Positions 49,107-59,644 of a DNA stretch of 64,000 nt are shown here, piece by piece. The translations under genes and the position numbers were made by a program. Under the pieces are notes generated by a model. The model was not told the DNA's origin and ran no database searches. It saw only the letters and a list, made by a program, of their open reading frames with translations. Location: contig QPMI01000222.1 of NCBI GenBank assembly GCA_004431415.1, positions 1-64,000 of the forward strand. Reading direction: 5' to 3'. This DNA comes from Cyanophora paradoxa CCMP329 (Eukaryota; Plantae; Glaucophyta). How positions within the stretch are numbered: position 1 is the first letter of the stretch; every line of letters starts with the position of its first letter.

Positions 49107-49460
49107 GGAGATTCGCACGCCACTCGCAGCCCTCGGCTTCGCATACGCCCTTGAACTTTCTGCTACGAGGGGCCTCACGCGACGGGCCCTGCAGCCTCCA
49201 GCACACCGATCAACTGCAGTGAAGAGACGCGCGCCTGCTCTGTCACGTGCTCTGCTCGATCGAATATGTACGTAACGCTGACGCGCTGTTGGGCTGCTCT
49301 GAAGCTGCTTTCCGGCTGGCCGCTGTCGCCTTTTGGGGGGTACGCGGTTTGGGAGGCCTTGATCCCCCCCCTCGAACGGCTAACTAGCGCGGCCGCCCCG
49401 CACGTCTGGACAGCCCGTACGAGCCTCTTCTGCAGTCAGCTAGCAGCCGCGGTCGAAGGC

Positions 49461-51516
49461 ATGGCCGCGGTTGCCCCCGCTCAGCAGGTGCGTCAAGTTC
49501 CGGATTGGTCACTCGAGCTGCGGGCGAAGGAAGCCTCGGACGACGCCTTACACAGGCGGATTAAGCGTTCATATCTTTGATCTATAGTTCTGGTGCCAAA
49601 TTGGTGCCAAACTCGCCTTCCCGGACACGCCCATCCTTCGGTCGCTCCACGCTGCACGTTCAACTTCGGGGCCCCGGCGCCTCCCCGGTCGCCCGCTCAG
49701 CTTTGGCTTCTCACGCTCTTTCTTCTACCTCAGATTGTATCTCTGCACGCGCATGTACCGGAGCTGGGGCGCGCGATGCTGGGGCCGGAGACGGAGCCGG
49801 AGCCGGCGCCCTCCGCCCCCCCCGTGGCTGGCCAGGCCGGAGTAAAGGAGGAGGAGGAGGAGGCCGGCGGCGGCTCGCAGGGAGATGCCGGGTTCCTGCA
49901 CCTCCTCGCGTTACACTGCGACAAACTCTTGAAGCAGAGCGGTGCGCTAACGCTCGGCCGTCCCCCGAGCGCCCCGCCCCGAGCTCGAGCGCGCCGTGCC
50001 GCGCCGCATCCGCAGGCCCCGCGGAGGTCCGCCGCCCCTCGCGCAAGCGGACGCGCGCGGAGGAGCCGCTGCCGCCCGAAGACGCGGGGGACGAAGCGGA
50101 CGGGGCCGGCCCGCCCTCCCTCGCCTCCGTCTCGAGCATCGCGAGCTCTAACACGTCGTCCTCCGCCTCCTCCTCCGCCTCCTCCGCCTCCGCTGCCTCC
50201 GCCAGCGTACCCCCCGGGGACGAGGACCCGTACGAGTTCATCCTGAGGGAGACGCAGCCGCCCGAGGAGATTCGGAGGGATGGCCTCCCGGCCGCCTCCC
50301 GCCGCCTCCCGCCCCTCCCCGGCGCCCCCTCCGCCCAGGGCGGCGCCGCCCTCGCCTACGGCGGCAAGGTTCGTCGACTATCCCTGTACCCCTTCCTGAA
50401 GGTTTCTCCCGCCGACGCGAAACTGCCCCGCCAGGATTCGAAGGACGAGTTTTTTAGGCAGCCGTTCATGTGCGAGCGGCCCGTCTGCCCGCAGCTCCCC
50501 GAGGAGATGAGGCGCGCCCGTACCCCTGCGCCCCCCTTTCCTCACCCTCTGACCGTATGCCTCCCAGGAGCCGCCTCGACGCGGGCGACGTCGTCGTCAA
50601 GTGCACGAGGTCCGACCCTGTACCCCCCCCCCGCTCTGCACGGGTTCTGACGCCGTACCCCCCGCCAGCTCGTGGGGACGGGACCCCCGCGTGGTGGCGA
50701 ACAGGCGGCACCACCTCACGATCCGCATCTTCCAGGGGTACACACCGCCCCGCCCCGCCCCGCACCCCGCTTGCTCACCCCCCCACTTCGTTCGCAGGGC
50801 GCAGCCGCTGGGGCTCGCCCCCTTCGTCCGCTACGTACGGCTGCAGCCGTACATGAGCCCTCGGGCCTGCCCCGCCTTCCGCCGGATCGACACCTCGGGG
50901 GCAAGCGAGCCCCCAGAAGACCCCTCCCCTTCCCTCCCTCCCTTTCTTCCACGCTGATCATCGCCCCCTCCTTCCTTTCACCCTTCCTTCCTCCGCCCAG
51001 TTCAAGCCGGCGAAGTGCGCGCGGGTGCTGGAGTTCCGCGCTGACGAGAATGACTCCTCCGTCGTCCGCGCCAAGGTCTCCGCTCCCCAGCTCTTCTGCT
51101 CCGCTCTCATCTTCTTCTTCGCTTCCCCGCATGCAGGTGCAGACGATGCTGAAGGAGACGGACCTGGCCGCGTGGGACATCGAGGCCTTGTGCTTTCAGG
51201 CCCGCCGCCGGCGCCCGCGCCCTGCCCTAGGCCTAGGCGCTGAGCTCTCTCTCTCTCTCTTCCCCCCCCCCCCCCCCCCCCCCCCCCCTCAGGTCGGCCT
51301 CTTCGCGCGGGAGGGCGGCACGGTGCGGCTCCTCGGCTGGGCGATGACCGAGCCCTTCACGTCGTGCTCCAAGCAGGCCGTCAAGGAGAAGCAGGCGAGC
51401 GAGCGAGCGAGCGAGCCGAAGGCCCCGAAGCTGAGCCGAGCTGAGCTGAGCTGAGCTGAGGGGCGCAGGCGCGGAACTACCAGCCGGCCGACGAAGACGG
51501 CGACGAGGACTCGTAG
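49461..51516 (+). CDS. Hypothetical protein (multi-exon)
   Basis: Exons with coding-like codon usage: DEDPYEFILRET, DSKDEFFRQPFMCERP, VQTMLKETDLAAWDIEALCFQ, VGLFAREGGTVRLLGWAMTEPFTSCSK, ...DEDS*. Confidence 0.6.
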
Positions 51517-51759
51517 CCAGCGGCAGCGGCCCTATAGCTAGCTGGCCGCGGGCCGCGGGCCGGCCCGGGGTCCGAGGAATCCCGCCCTGCGCATGCGCAA
51601 GGAGACCGGCCCGCGGCCGGCCCCGCCCGGCCCCGCCCCGCGCGTTTTTAAGTGCTTTTTAGTTCCCCTTTTAGTTAGCGAGTTTTCGGCAGGGCAAGAA
51701 TACACGGCAAGCTTTTTCGCGTCGCGTAAGAAGAGATATAGAAATGGCTGGCGGGCCCG

Positions 51760-53243
51760 CTACCGGGCGGGGGCGTCGGCTGCGGGGGCGGGGACGGAGG
51801 CGAGGCGCTGGCGGGGGTGCGGCCGCCGCAGGAGGTCCTCGATGACGGCGTTCACCTCGGCCGGCTGCTCTACCGAAAGCACGTGCCCGCACCCGGGGAA
51901 CTCCTGCAGGGGGGGTTAGGGGGGGGAGAGGGGGAGAGCTGGGGGGTACAGGCTCGCCATGAAGCGGATGCCGGGGGAGCCGGCCTCGGCGAGGGCGCGG
52001 CCGCGGTCCGCGGGTATCATACGGTCCTCTAGGGACGTCGCGCAGACCACGGGAAGGCCGCAGGCCCCCAGCGCCCTCAGCCGCTCGTCGCTCACCCAGT
52101 GCGTCGCCTGGGTACAGGCGGATCGGATCGGATCGGATGGGTACAGGCACGAAAAGGAGGGGGTACGGGACGCGCCACGGCCTTGATTTGGTCCAGGAAG
52201 GCGCTCACGGAGCAGCGCGGGCCCTCGGTGTTGCGCTTCAGGTGCCACTGCGGAGCGGGCGAGGAGCCGGCGGTTCGAATCCGGAGAGAGGAGTAATGCT
52301 GGGGCGGCTCACCGCAACGAGCTCCTTGACCCGCTCGGGGTTTGCGTACGTTCGCTGCGGGTACATGATTTTGGCGGGGGTACGCCTCGAGGGTAGGGGC
52401 GCACCTTCCCGTAGTGAAAGTCGACGGCCAGCTGTGCCCTCGCGAGGCTGATGGGCACACGCGCGTCAGTGTCGGGGGGTACAGGTGTGCGAAAACGTCC
52501 GCACTTGTCCTTCTGCGTGAAGATTTTGCAGAGCTCGAAGACCGCGGAGGCCTGCGGATCGGAGAGGGGCCGGATCGAATCAGGGGCCGCGTCGAGTTCT
52601 CGTGGCGGGGCGGGCGCGCGTTGCTCGTGAAGAAGCCCCTGGCGCTCGTGTTGATGAGCATGACGCCCCGGAAGAGCTGCGGATCCTGGCAGGCGAGCTC
52701 GAGGGCGGTCATGCCGCCCATCGAGACGCCGACGAGCACGGCGTCGTCCCACTGCAGGTGCTTCAGCGCCCGCCGCAGGTCATCCGCCATCAGCGACGTG
52801 CTGCACGGGCGGCCGGCGGGCAGAATGAGAGAGGAATGGGCGCGAAGCGAACTCCGGAGCGCCGCGCGCACGTCAAGCGGGCGCGGCTGGACTCTGATTC
52901 GCCGATGCCCCTGTTCTCCATGCACAGCAGCGCGTAGCCTTTCTCGACGAAGTCGCGGATTTGGAACTCCCATCCTCCTATTGTTGAACCGAGGCCCATC
53001 GCGAAGGCTGCGGGGGGCCACGTACGTTTCATGAGCAGCGGGCGCTCAGTTGGCGGCGGCGCTCCGCGCACCGACTCTGTGCTGAGAGCCAGGATTGCCG
53101 TAGAGCTCGAAGTACACCTTGGTACCATCTTGACCGACAACATGGAAAATGCGGGCGGGATGCACTCCTTCGACGTGCACGTAGCGGCGCTCATGGTGCA
53201 CTTCGCTCTCGAATAGCACGATCTGCGACGCATCGACATCCAT
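51760..53243 (-). CDS. Alpha/beta-fold hydrolase
   Basis: MGLG oxyanion region, ENRGIGES, MADDL, nucleophile elbow GVSMGG, EDRMIP (Asp), GCGH...EQP (His). Confidence 0.92.
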
Positions 53244-53751
53244 GCTCGGCGCCGGCGACCTCGCTCCCGCTCTTGCCCCTCCGGCTGACCCGCTCCCGCT
53301 CTCGCCTCCGCACGGCTACCAAACACTAGTACGGCTCGCTGACGGAGCCTCGGAGAAACCGCGCACGTAAAGACGGAGCTCGAGCTTCTCACGCAGGTCG
53401 CTGTATTACGTACCCCCGACGGGAAAGGCTTAGGGTTCGCGCTCAGATCCCGCGGCTAGGGCAAGAAGAGCAGTTGGAATAGGAAGCTGAAGGCAGCTGC
53501 ATCGCCCACTGCCAGACGACGTTCTCCGCTTTGAGAAGCGTTACGACGTGAGTTCAGCATCCGCATTGCGGAGCTCCTCGTGAGCTAGCGATCGTCGCCA
53601 TCCGGCTCGGCTAGCTCCGGTCAGTTGGGCCTCGGCTAAGCTTGCAGCATCATTTGCAGCTTGAGCCGACCAAAAGGAGAGCCGGGCGTCTCCGGGCCTC
53701 CGTGTTTGTATTCGTGGGGCCTGGTCCGGACGACCAAGCAGAGCGCCAGCA

Positions 53752-56535
53752 ATGCTCGCGGGAGGTCAGCTCTTGGTGAACAACACCCCGGGGATCTTCC
53801 GCAATGGCCCAGGGCCCCCGCCGTCGCCCGGCCACTTCGCTCCTGTGCAGAACGGGCCCCTTGCTGAGCGAGCGCCTACGCGGGAGGCCGCGGCCAGCCG
53901 CCTTGCGCGCCCGCGCCATTCCGTCAACTCGGGCGTCCGAATGGCGTCCTCCTCCATCAACGACGTTGTGGATCGCTCCAGGGCAAGCGCATGGAATTTG
54001 ATCGCCCGAGTCGGCAGCGGGCGCGCCATTCGAAAGTTGATGCGTGCGGGACGCGCAGGCTCTGCAGTTCTGGGGCGCGGTGCTCTCCGTCTCCGCGGTC
54101 GCTTCCGTCGTGTTCGCCATAGTAAACCTGGAAGTGCGCTGGAACCGCCCCGACGACGAGCCGGCCTCGCGCGCCTGCGACGCGCTGAAGGCGCTCGTCT
54201 CTGCCCTCGTCCTCACCTCCGGTACCCCCCTTACCCTCTCCCCCCTCCCCGCCTCCCCGCGCTCTTCGATGGAACCCCCGTCTAACAACGCGCGGGCTTC
54301 CCCGTGCCCAGAGGTCGCTCTGTTCCTGTACTACCGGGCTGACCTCCAGCTGAACATCGCCCGCTCGCTCCTCCCCGAGTCCGCCACCCTCCTCACCGCC
54401 GGCGGCCTCGTACCCCTCCTCGTCGAGGCCCTCGTCCTCGCCGTCCACGGTACCCCCCTCCGATCCCGCCCCGCCCCGCCCCGCCTTTTTCGGCCCCCCG
54501 CCCAGACGCCCCGCCCCGCCCCGGCAGCGCCGCCGCGGGTCTTCCTGGTGGGCTCCGAGTCCTACAACCTCGAGAACCTCCTCACCGTGCTCATGTGAGC
54601 GGCTCACGCGAGCGCCTCGGGAGCGAACGAGCGCCGACCGCCGGCCCTCCTGAATCCTGTACCCCCCCACCACAGGGTCCTGCGGCTCCACCTGGTCTTC
54701 CGGGCCGTGGCCTCGAAGTCATCCCTCCTCTCCCCAGCCGGGCGCATGATCACGGCCCTCACCAACTCCGAGGTCCGCGTGCCGTACCCCCCCCTTCCCC
54801 CCCCCCGGGCTTCTGATCCCCTCCGCTCCCCCGTCTTCAGGTGACTCCGCCGCTGATCCTGAAGACGGCGCTGTTCCAGCACCCCCTCCGCTCCCTGGTC
54901 GTCGTCTTCGCTGCCCTCGTCTCCTCCGCTTCCTACTGCGTCTTCGTCTTCGAGCGGCGCGCACGTACCCCCCCTCGACCCTCCCCCCCCTTCTCCGAAC
55001 CCCCCGCAGGTGGTCCGCCCTCGTGACTCCTTCCCCGCTCGACGACGATCGGATGCACTTCGCGAACATCATGTGGATGACCATGGTTCGAATCCGGGCG
55101 GGCCGCACGGCCGCCGCCCGCTCAATCCCCCGGCTCCCGCCCAGATAACCATCTTCACTGTCGGCTACGGCGACGTGTACCCCCTCACGCAGTGCTTCCC
55201 GCCCCCCTCCCAACATCTTTCCTTTCTACCCCTCACTTTCGCCGCAGCGAGGGGCGCGTCGTCGCCATCCTCGCATCTTTCTCAGGGGCCATCTGCACGG
55301 TGAACCCCGGCTCGAATCCGGGCGGGGTCCGTTTCGTCTTCCCTGCTTCTCTCACACTGGTGCCCGTACCCATACCAGGCCCTCCTCATCGCGGTGGTGC
55401 ACGGGCAGCTCCAGCTGACCCAATTGGAGGCGCGCCGTACCCCCTTCCCCTCCCCGGGTCTCTCTGATACCGTACCCCCAGGTCCGAATCGTGACGTTCC
55501 TCTCGAAGGACAAGTACCGGCGGGAGGTTCGGCACGCCGCCGCCTCCTGGTAGCCCCCCTCTCCAAAGCCCCCCTCCTTACCGCCTCCTGACTTCCGTTC
55601 GCGCAGCGTGCAGTGCGCGTGGCGCTGGCACAGGCACAGGCACCGGCGGTGGGCGGGGCGGTCGGAGGTGCCCCGGCAGGGCCCCCACGAGGGCAAGGTG
55701 ACGCCGGTCGGGTCCGACGAGGTGAGTTTCGTCCTACAACCGCGGTTCGAATCCCGCCGTGTCCAATTCACTTCGCAGTCTGCGTCTCGCCCGGGGAGCG
55801 GGGGTATGCTAACGGACGCTCGATTCTTCGCCGCGCTGAGGCGCTGGCGCGCCCTCAAGCGGTGCACACACGTACCCCTGCATGCCCGTTTGGGCTGCTT
55901 CTGACTCGTTCGGGGGGTACAGGAAGCTCGGACACATGCTCAACGATGACGAAATGCAGTACAAGGTTCTCCTTGAGCAGGTGCCCCCTTGTGATGAGCT
56001 CCTGTACCCCTCGAAATCGAGCCTGGGGTCGGGGTTGCAGATCTTTTCGGGGATCCAGAGCATCACGCAGCGGCTGGACCTGATCGGCGTACCCCGCGAG
56101 GACCCGAAGGCGTCCGTGCTCCCCGGGGGTACCCGGGCCGTGACGCGGCGTCAGTCCAGCGCCTCTCTCGTGGCCGGATCCGTCCACCGGCCCCCGCTCG
56201 GCGTTGATCAGGCGACCGGGCCGGCCGGCGCCGCCCCCGAGGGCAACGTTAACCCCCTGCACCGCTTGAGCTTCTTCGAATCGGCGCGCGGGGGCGAGCG
56301 TTCGCCCCAGCTGTACCCCCTCCCCGAGCGCCCCGAGGTCCGTTCCCTGTCGCTGGACTCGGGCGGCGTGGCCCCGTCGGCCCCCGCGGCCGGGCCCGCC
56401 CCCGTCCCCATCTCGGCCCGGGCGGCCGCCGGCGCCGCTGCCGCACCCGAGCCCCGTCCATCCCTTTCCGTTGTTTCCATTTTCGACCCTACCCGCGCCG
56501 ATAAGGGCCCAGCGGCCCCAAAGGAAGCAGCATAG
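53752..56535 (+). CDS. SK/KCNN-like Ca2+/calmodulin-gated K+ channel
   Basis: Six TM segments, S4 LMVLRLHLVFR, LILKT, FER, pore WMTMITIFTVGYGDVYP, S6 GAICTGLLIAVV, then QLTQLE and CaM-binding-like HAAASCVQCAWR. Confidence 0.88.
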
Positions 56536-57311
56536 CGATTCATGGAAATTGGGAAGCTTTTTTTCAAGTTTGAATTGGACCCCGCGTGTTCTGACTGCTT
56601 ACATACTGCACTGTGTAATGTCTGCGGCATATCATCCGATGATCCGTGTGCAAGAGTTCTTCTAGTACTAGTAGATTCTCTTCTACTAGGCTAGCGTTCG
56701 AATTCTTCTGGATTCTCGATAGATACCATATTATCGTATGCCATGATGTATTTATTGTTCGTATAATCGTGTCCCAGAGTCTGTGTCTATATGCGCACTG
56801 CAGCCTGCAGCTGCGGCACCGAACGCAGAGCTTCATGATTAAATCATGATCGATATATATCGATATTCAATGCATATGATTCGATGATCATGATCATGAT
56901 CATGATGACCAGCTGCGCATGCAGGCCTCAAAAGTGTCTTCATAATTAATTTGCCGGCCCTGCAATGCTGTGGCCCGGGGCCAGCTGCAGCTTTAGGTCA
57001 CTGAAAAGTGTCTTTCTTCGTACTACGGTATGTCTCTTGATCTCTGCTGGATGAAACGATGCGCTCGCATTATGGAGACAAATACAAGTATGATCTGATA
57101 AGAACATCCGGGATATTGTACAGATAGCCATAATTAAGATATAGCTGACACTGAAAGCATCTCCAACTAGCTGGGCTCAAGCGTCGCGATGCATGCGCAG
57201 CTGCCTGCGGCTGCAGCTGGCGCGAGCTGAACGTTGGGAATCCATGGCCATCAGCGCCCGCTACGATGTCGGGGCAGAATTGAAGGGAGCGCTGCAGCGC
57301 GTCGGCACGCC

Positions 57312-57743
57312 TCAAAAGAGACCGAGACTGCGCCGTTCGCAGTAGAATTCGTTGCTAGCGCGTCGTCCCGTCAGCTGTGCACGCGGCAGATCTAGACCGG
57401 CCGCGCCGACGTGGCTAGGCGTCGTCAGGCGAGCTGCTTCAGGACGTCACCTCCCGTGGCCTCCATTCACCAGGAGGTGCATGAACTCCCTGCGAGGCGG
57501 TGCGGTCAGTGCTGCGGGCAACGGTCAGGTCGTGGCTCTGGAGGTCCCGCACCGCTCCTTCTGCTCTATGCTGCTCTTGATCTGCTCCAGCACGGACGGG
57601 TTGGCGTGGGCGCGGCCCTTGATGAGCGACTCCTGCCGCCGGAGCGCCTTGATCTCCCTCCTAAGTCGGCTCTCTGTCGAAGAGCGCGGTGCGTGCAAGT
57701 GCTGGGAGCTGGACAGCCCGGTCGCTCCCGCCGCCGTGGCCAT
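57312..57743 (-). CDS. Small hypothetical coiled-coil protein
   Basis: MATAAG...RLRREIKALRRQE...LEQIKSSIEQKER|EFMHLLVNGG; divergent from COA6. 3' end uncertain. Confidence 0.4.
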
Positions 57744-57798
57744 TTTCAGGCTACCAACGCGGGTTACCGAAATTGACTGCCGAACACGGGTACCTAAA

Positions 57799-58272
57799 AT
57801 GTCGGAGGCGAGGAGCGACCGGGGCGGGCGCCAGCGCTGCTGGGAAGGTCGGTTCGGCCTCGGTCGTCGCTCCGCTCGCCTCTGACCTTCTGCGCTGGCG
57901 TCGCGTCGGCGAACCAGCGCGCGACAAGTACTTCGCGTGCCTGACTGAGCAAGAGGCGCTGGCCCCGGAGAGCGAGCGCCTCAAAGTACAGGAGCGGCTT
58001 CGCGGCGACCCAAACTCGCCTTGCGGGAAGCTGCGAGAGGAGTTCGAGAAGCTGTGCCTACCGTCATGGGTGCGCACGCGCCCCGTGCCGCGCGCCGCGC
58101 GCCGCGCGTTGAACGAGGGGTGCAGTCGGTGCACTTTGAGAAGCAGCGGGAGGCGCAGCTGAAGAAAGCCGCATTCGACGAGTTCGTCCGGAAGCAGAAC
58201 GAGGAGATTGCGAGGCGGGCGTTCATTCGGGACTCCCAGCCACAGTCTCAGGGCGCGAGCGACCCGAAGTGA
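57799..58272 (+). CDS. COA6: Cytochrome c oxidase assembly factor 6 (COX6B family)
   Basis: RQRCWE|ARDKYFAC (CX9C) ... CGKLREEFEKLC (CX10C) LPSW|SVHFEKQR; two introns. Confidence 0.88.
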
Positions 58273-58920
58273 TGCATCCTGCCTGGCCGATTCCCGTCCG
58301 CGATTTGGATCGGCGGTGCGCGGCGATGCTCGCTCGACGCCGCACGCTTCGGCGCGGTACTAACTGTCTGGTCCCGCAGGCAGCGGCAGTGGGCACGACG
58401 TGTTCTTAAGCCTATCGGCGCGTCGTAAGCTACCCGCGGTCCGTCCCTTCGCACGAGCTGGTGTTCCAGTCAGACAGTCAGCAGGGCAGCACCTGGAAGT
58501 GCCTGTAGATCGGCCAGCCGTGTCGGCCTCGTCGCCCTGGCAGCCGCAGCTGAAGCCGGCGAGCCCCCTCTAAGGCTCGAGCCCAGCGTTAGCTATAGGT
58601 GATGCGCGCGGGCTCCAGCAAGGCATCTTGGAGTTTCCAAGTTTTGTGGTGAGCGATCGTTGCAGCTGCCGCCGCCGATCAACGGTTAGTTGTGACATGT
58701 GCATTAGCGGCAGTCTTGAATGCATATGACTCGTCATCGATTAGCACTGAGGCATGTGCAGCTTCAAATTCCAAGTGCTCCCCAGCCATCTGATGATCAT
58801 CGGGTAGAGAATTCGAATATAATAGACCCTGCGCATGCTCGGCCTTCTCGGCCATCTGATCATCATAGCGCGCGGGAATGCATGCTCTGTGACACGCCGC
58901 GTGAACATGACGGCTGCGGC

Positions 58921-58924
<4 letters not shown>

Positions 58925-58988
<64 letters not shown>
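58925..58988. repeat. (AT)n microsatellite
   Basis: About 32 perfect AT units. Confidence 0.98.
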
Positions 58989-58992
<4 letters not shown>

Positions 58993-59644
58993 CGCGTACG
59001 GCTGCGCATGCGCGCGGCCGCTATGGCTAGCAGCACTAAGCTTAAGCCAATTAGCTCAGCGGCTTGCTAGCTATATCATGCATAGGCTGGCACTCGCACA
59101 GGGCGCGCGCACGCGCGCGCTCGCTCTGGTGCGCCGCGCGCAGCAGCGCCGGCGCCAGCTGCAGCGCCAGCGCGCGCTGCGCCGCGGCGCAACGCCAGCA
59201 GCGCTATAGCTATATGCATATGGGGCTAGCGCTACCGGTAGCGCTCCTCGCTTCGGGTACGTATACGATATATATACCGTAGTACCGGTATTATATTACC
59301 GGATCGCTAGCGCCCCATCTCCCGCCGAGATCGATCGCGATGTCCTCCGGACCCTCGATATCGATCATGATCCGATGATCATGATCTGCATGCCATGATG
59401 ATCATCAGACCGATCGCGCTTATCGAAGATCATCAGACCGCGCTTACCGTACTACGGAGCCTTACGCACGCTTACGCCGCCTTACGGTGTGCAACTACAG
59501 TGCAACTGTGCAAGGTCAAACAGGCAAGCGAAGCGACCAGACCCCGCAGACCTTGCGGGTTTTTCCCCCCTGTTACGATACTTGTGTACCCCCCTTTGCG
59601 TCGAGACAAAGCCGGGCCCCCATCGCGGGGCGCAGCAGCGAACA

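Noticed and set aside
56940-57170. AT-rich stretch with TGATCTGA as a possible C/D snoRNA
   Set aside because: No convincing box C with terminal stem or recognisable guide. It would need an Infernal/snoscan search.
58679-59209. ORFs containing YIYIYI runs
   Set aside because: Translations of the (AT)n microsatellite.
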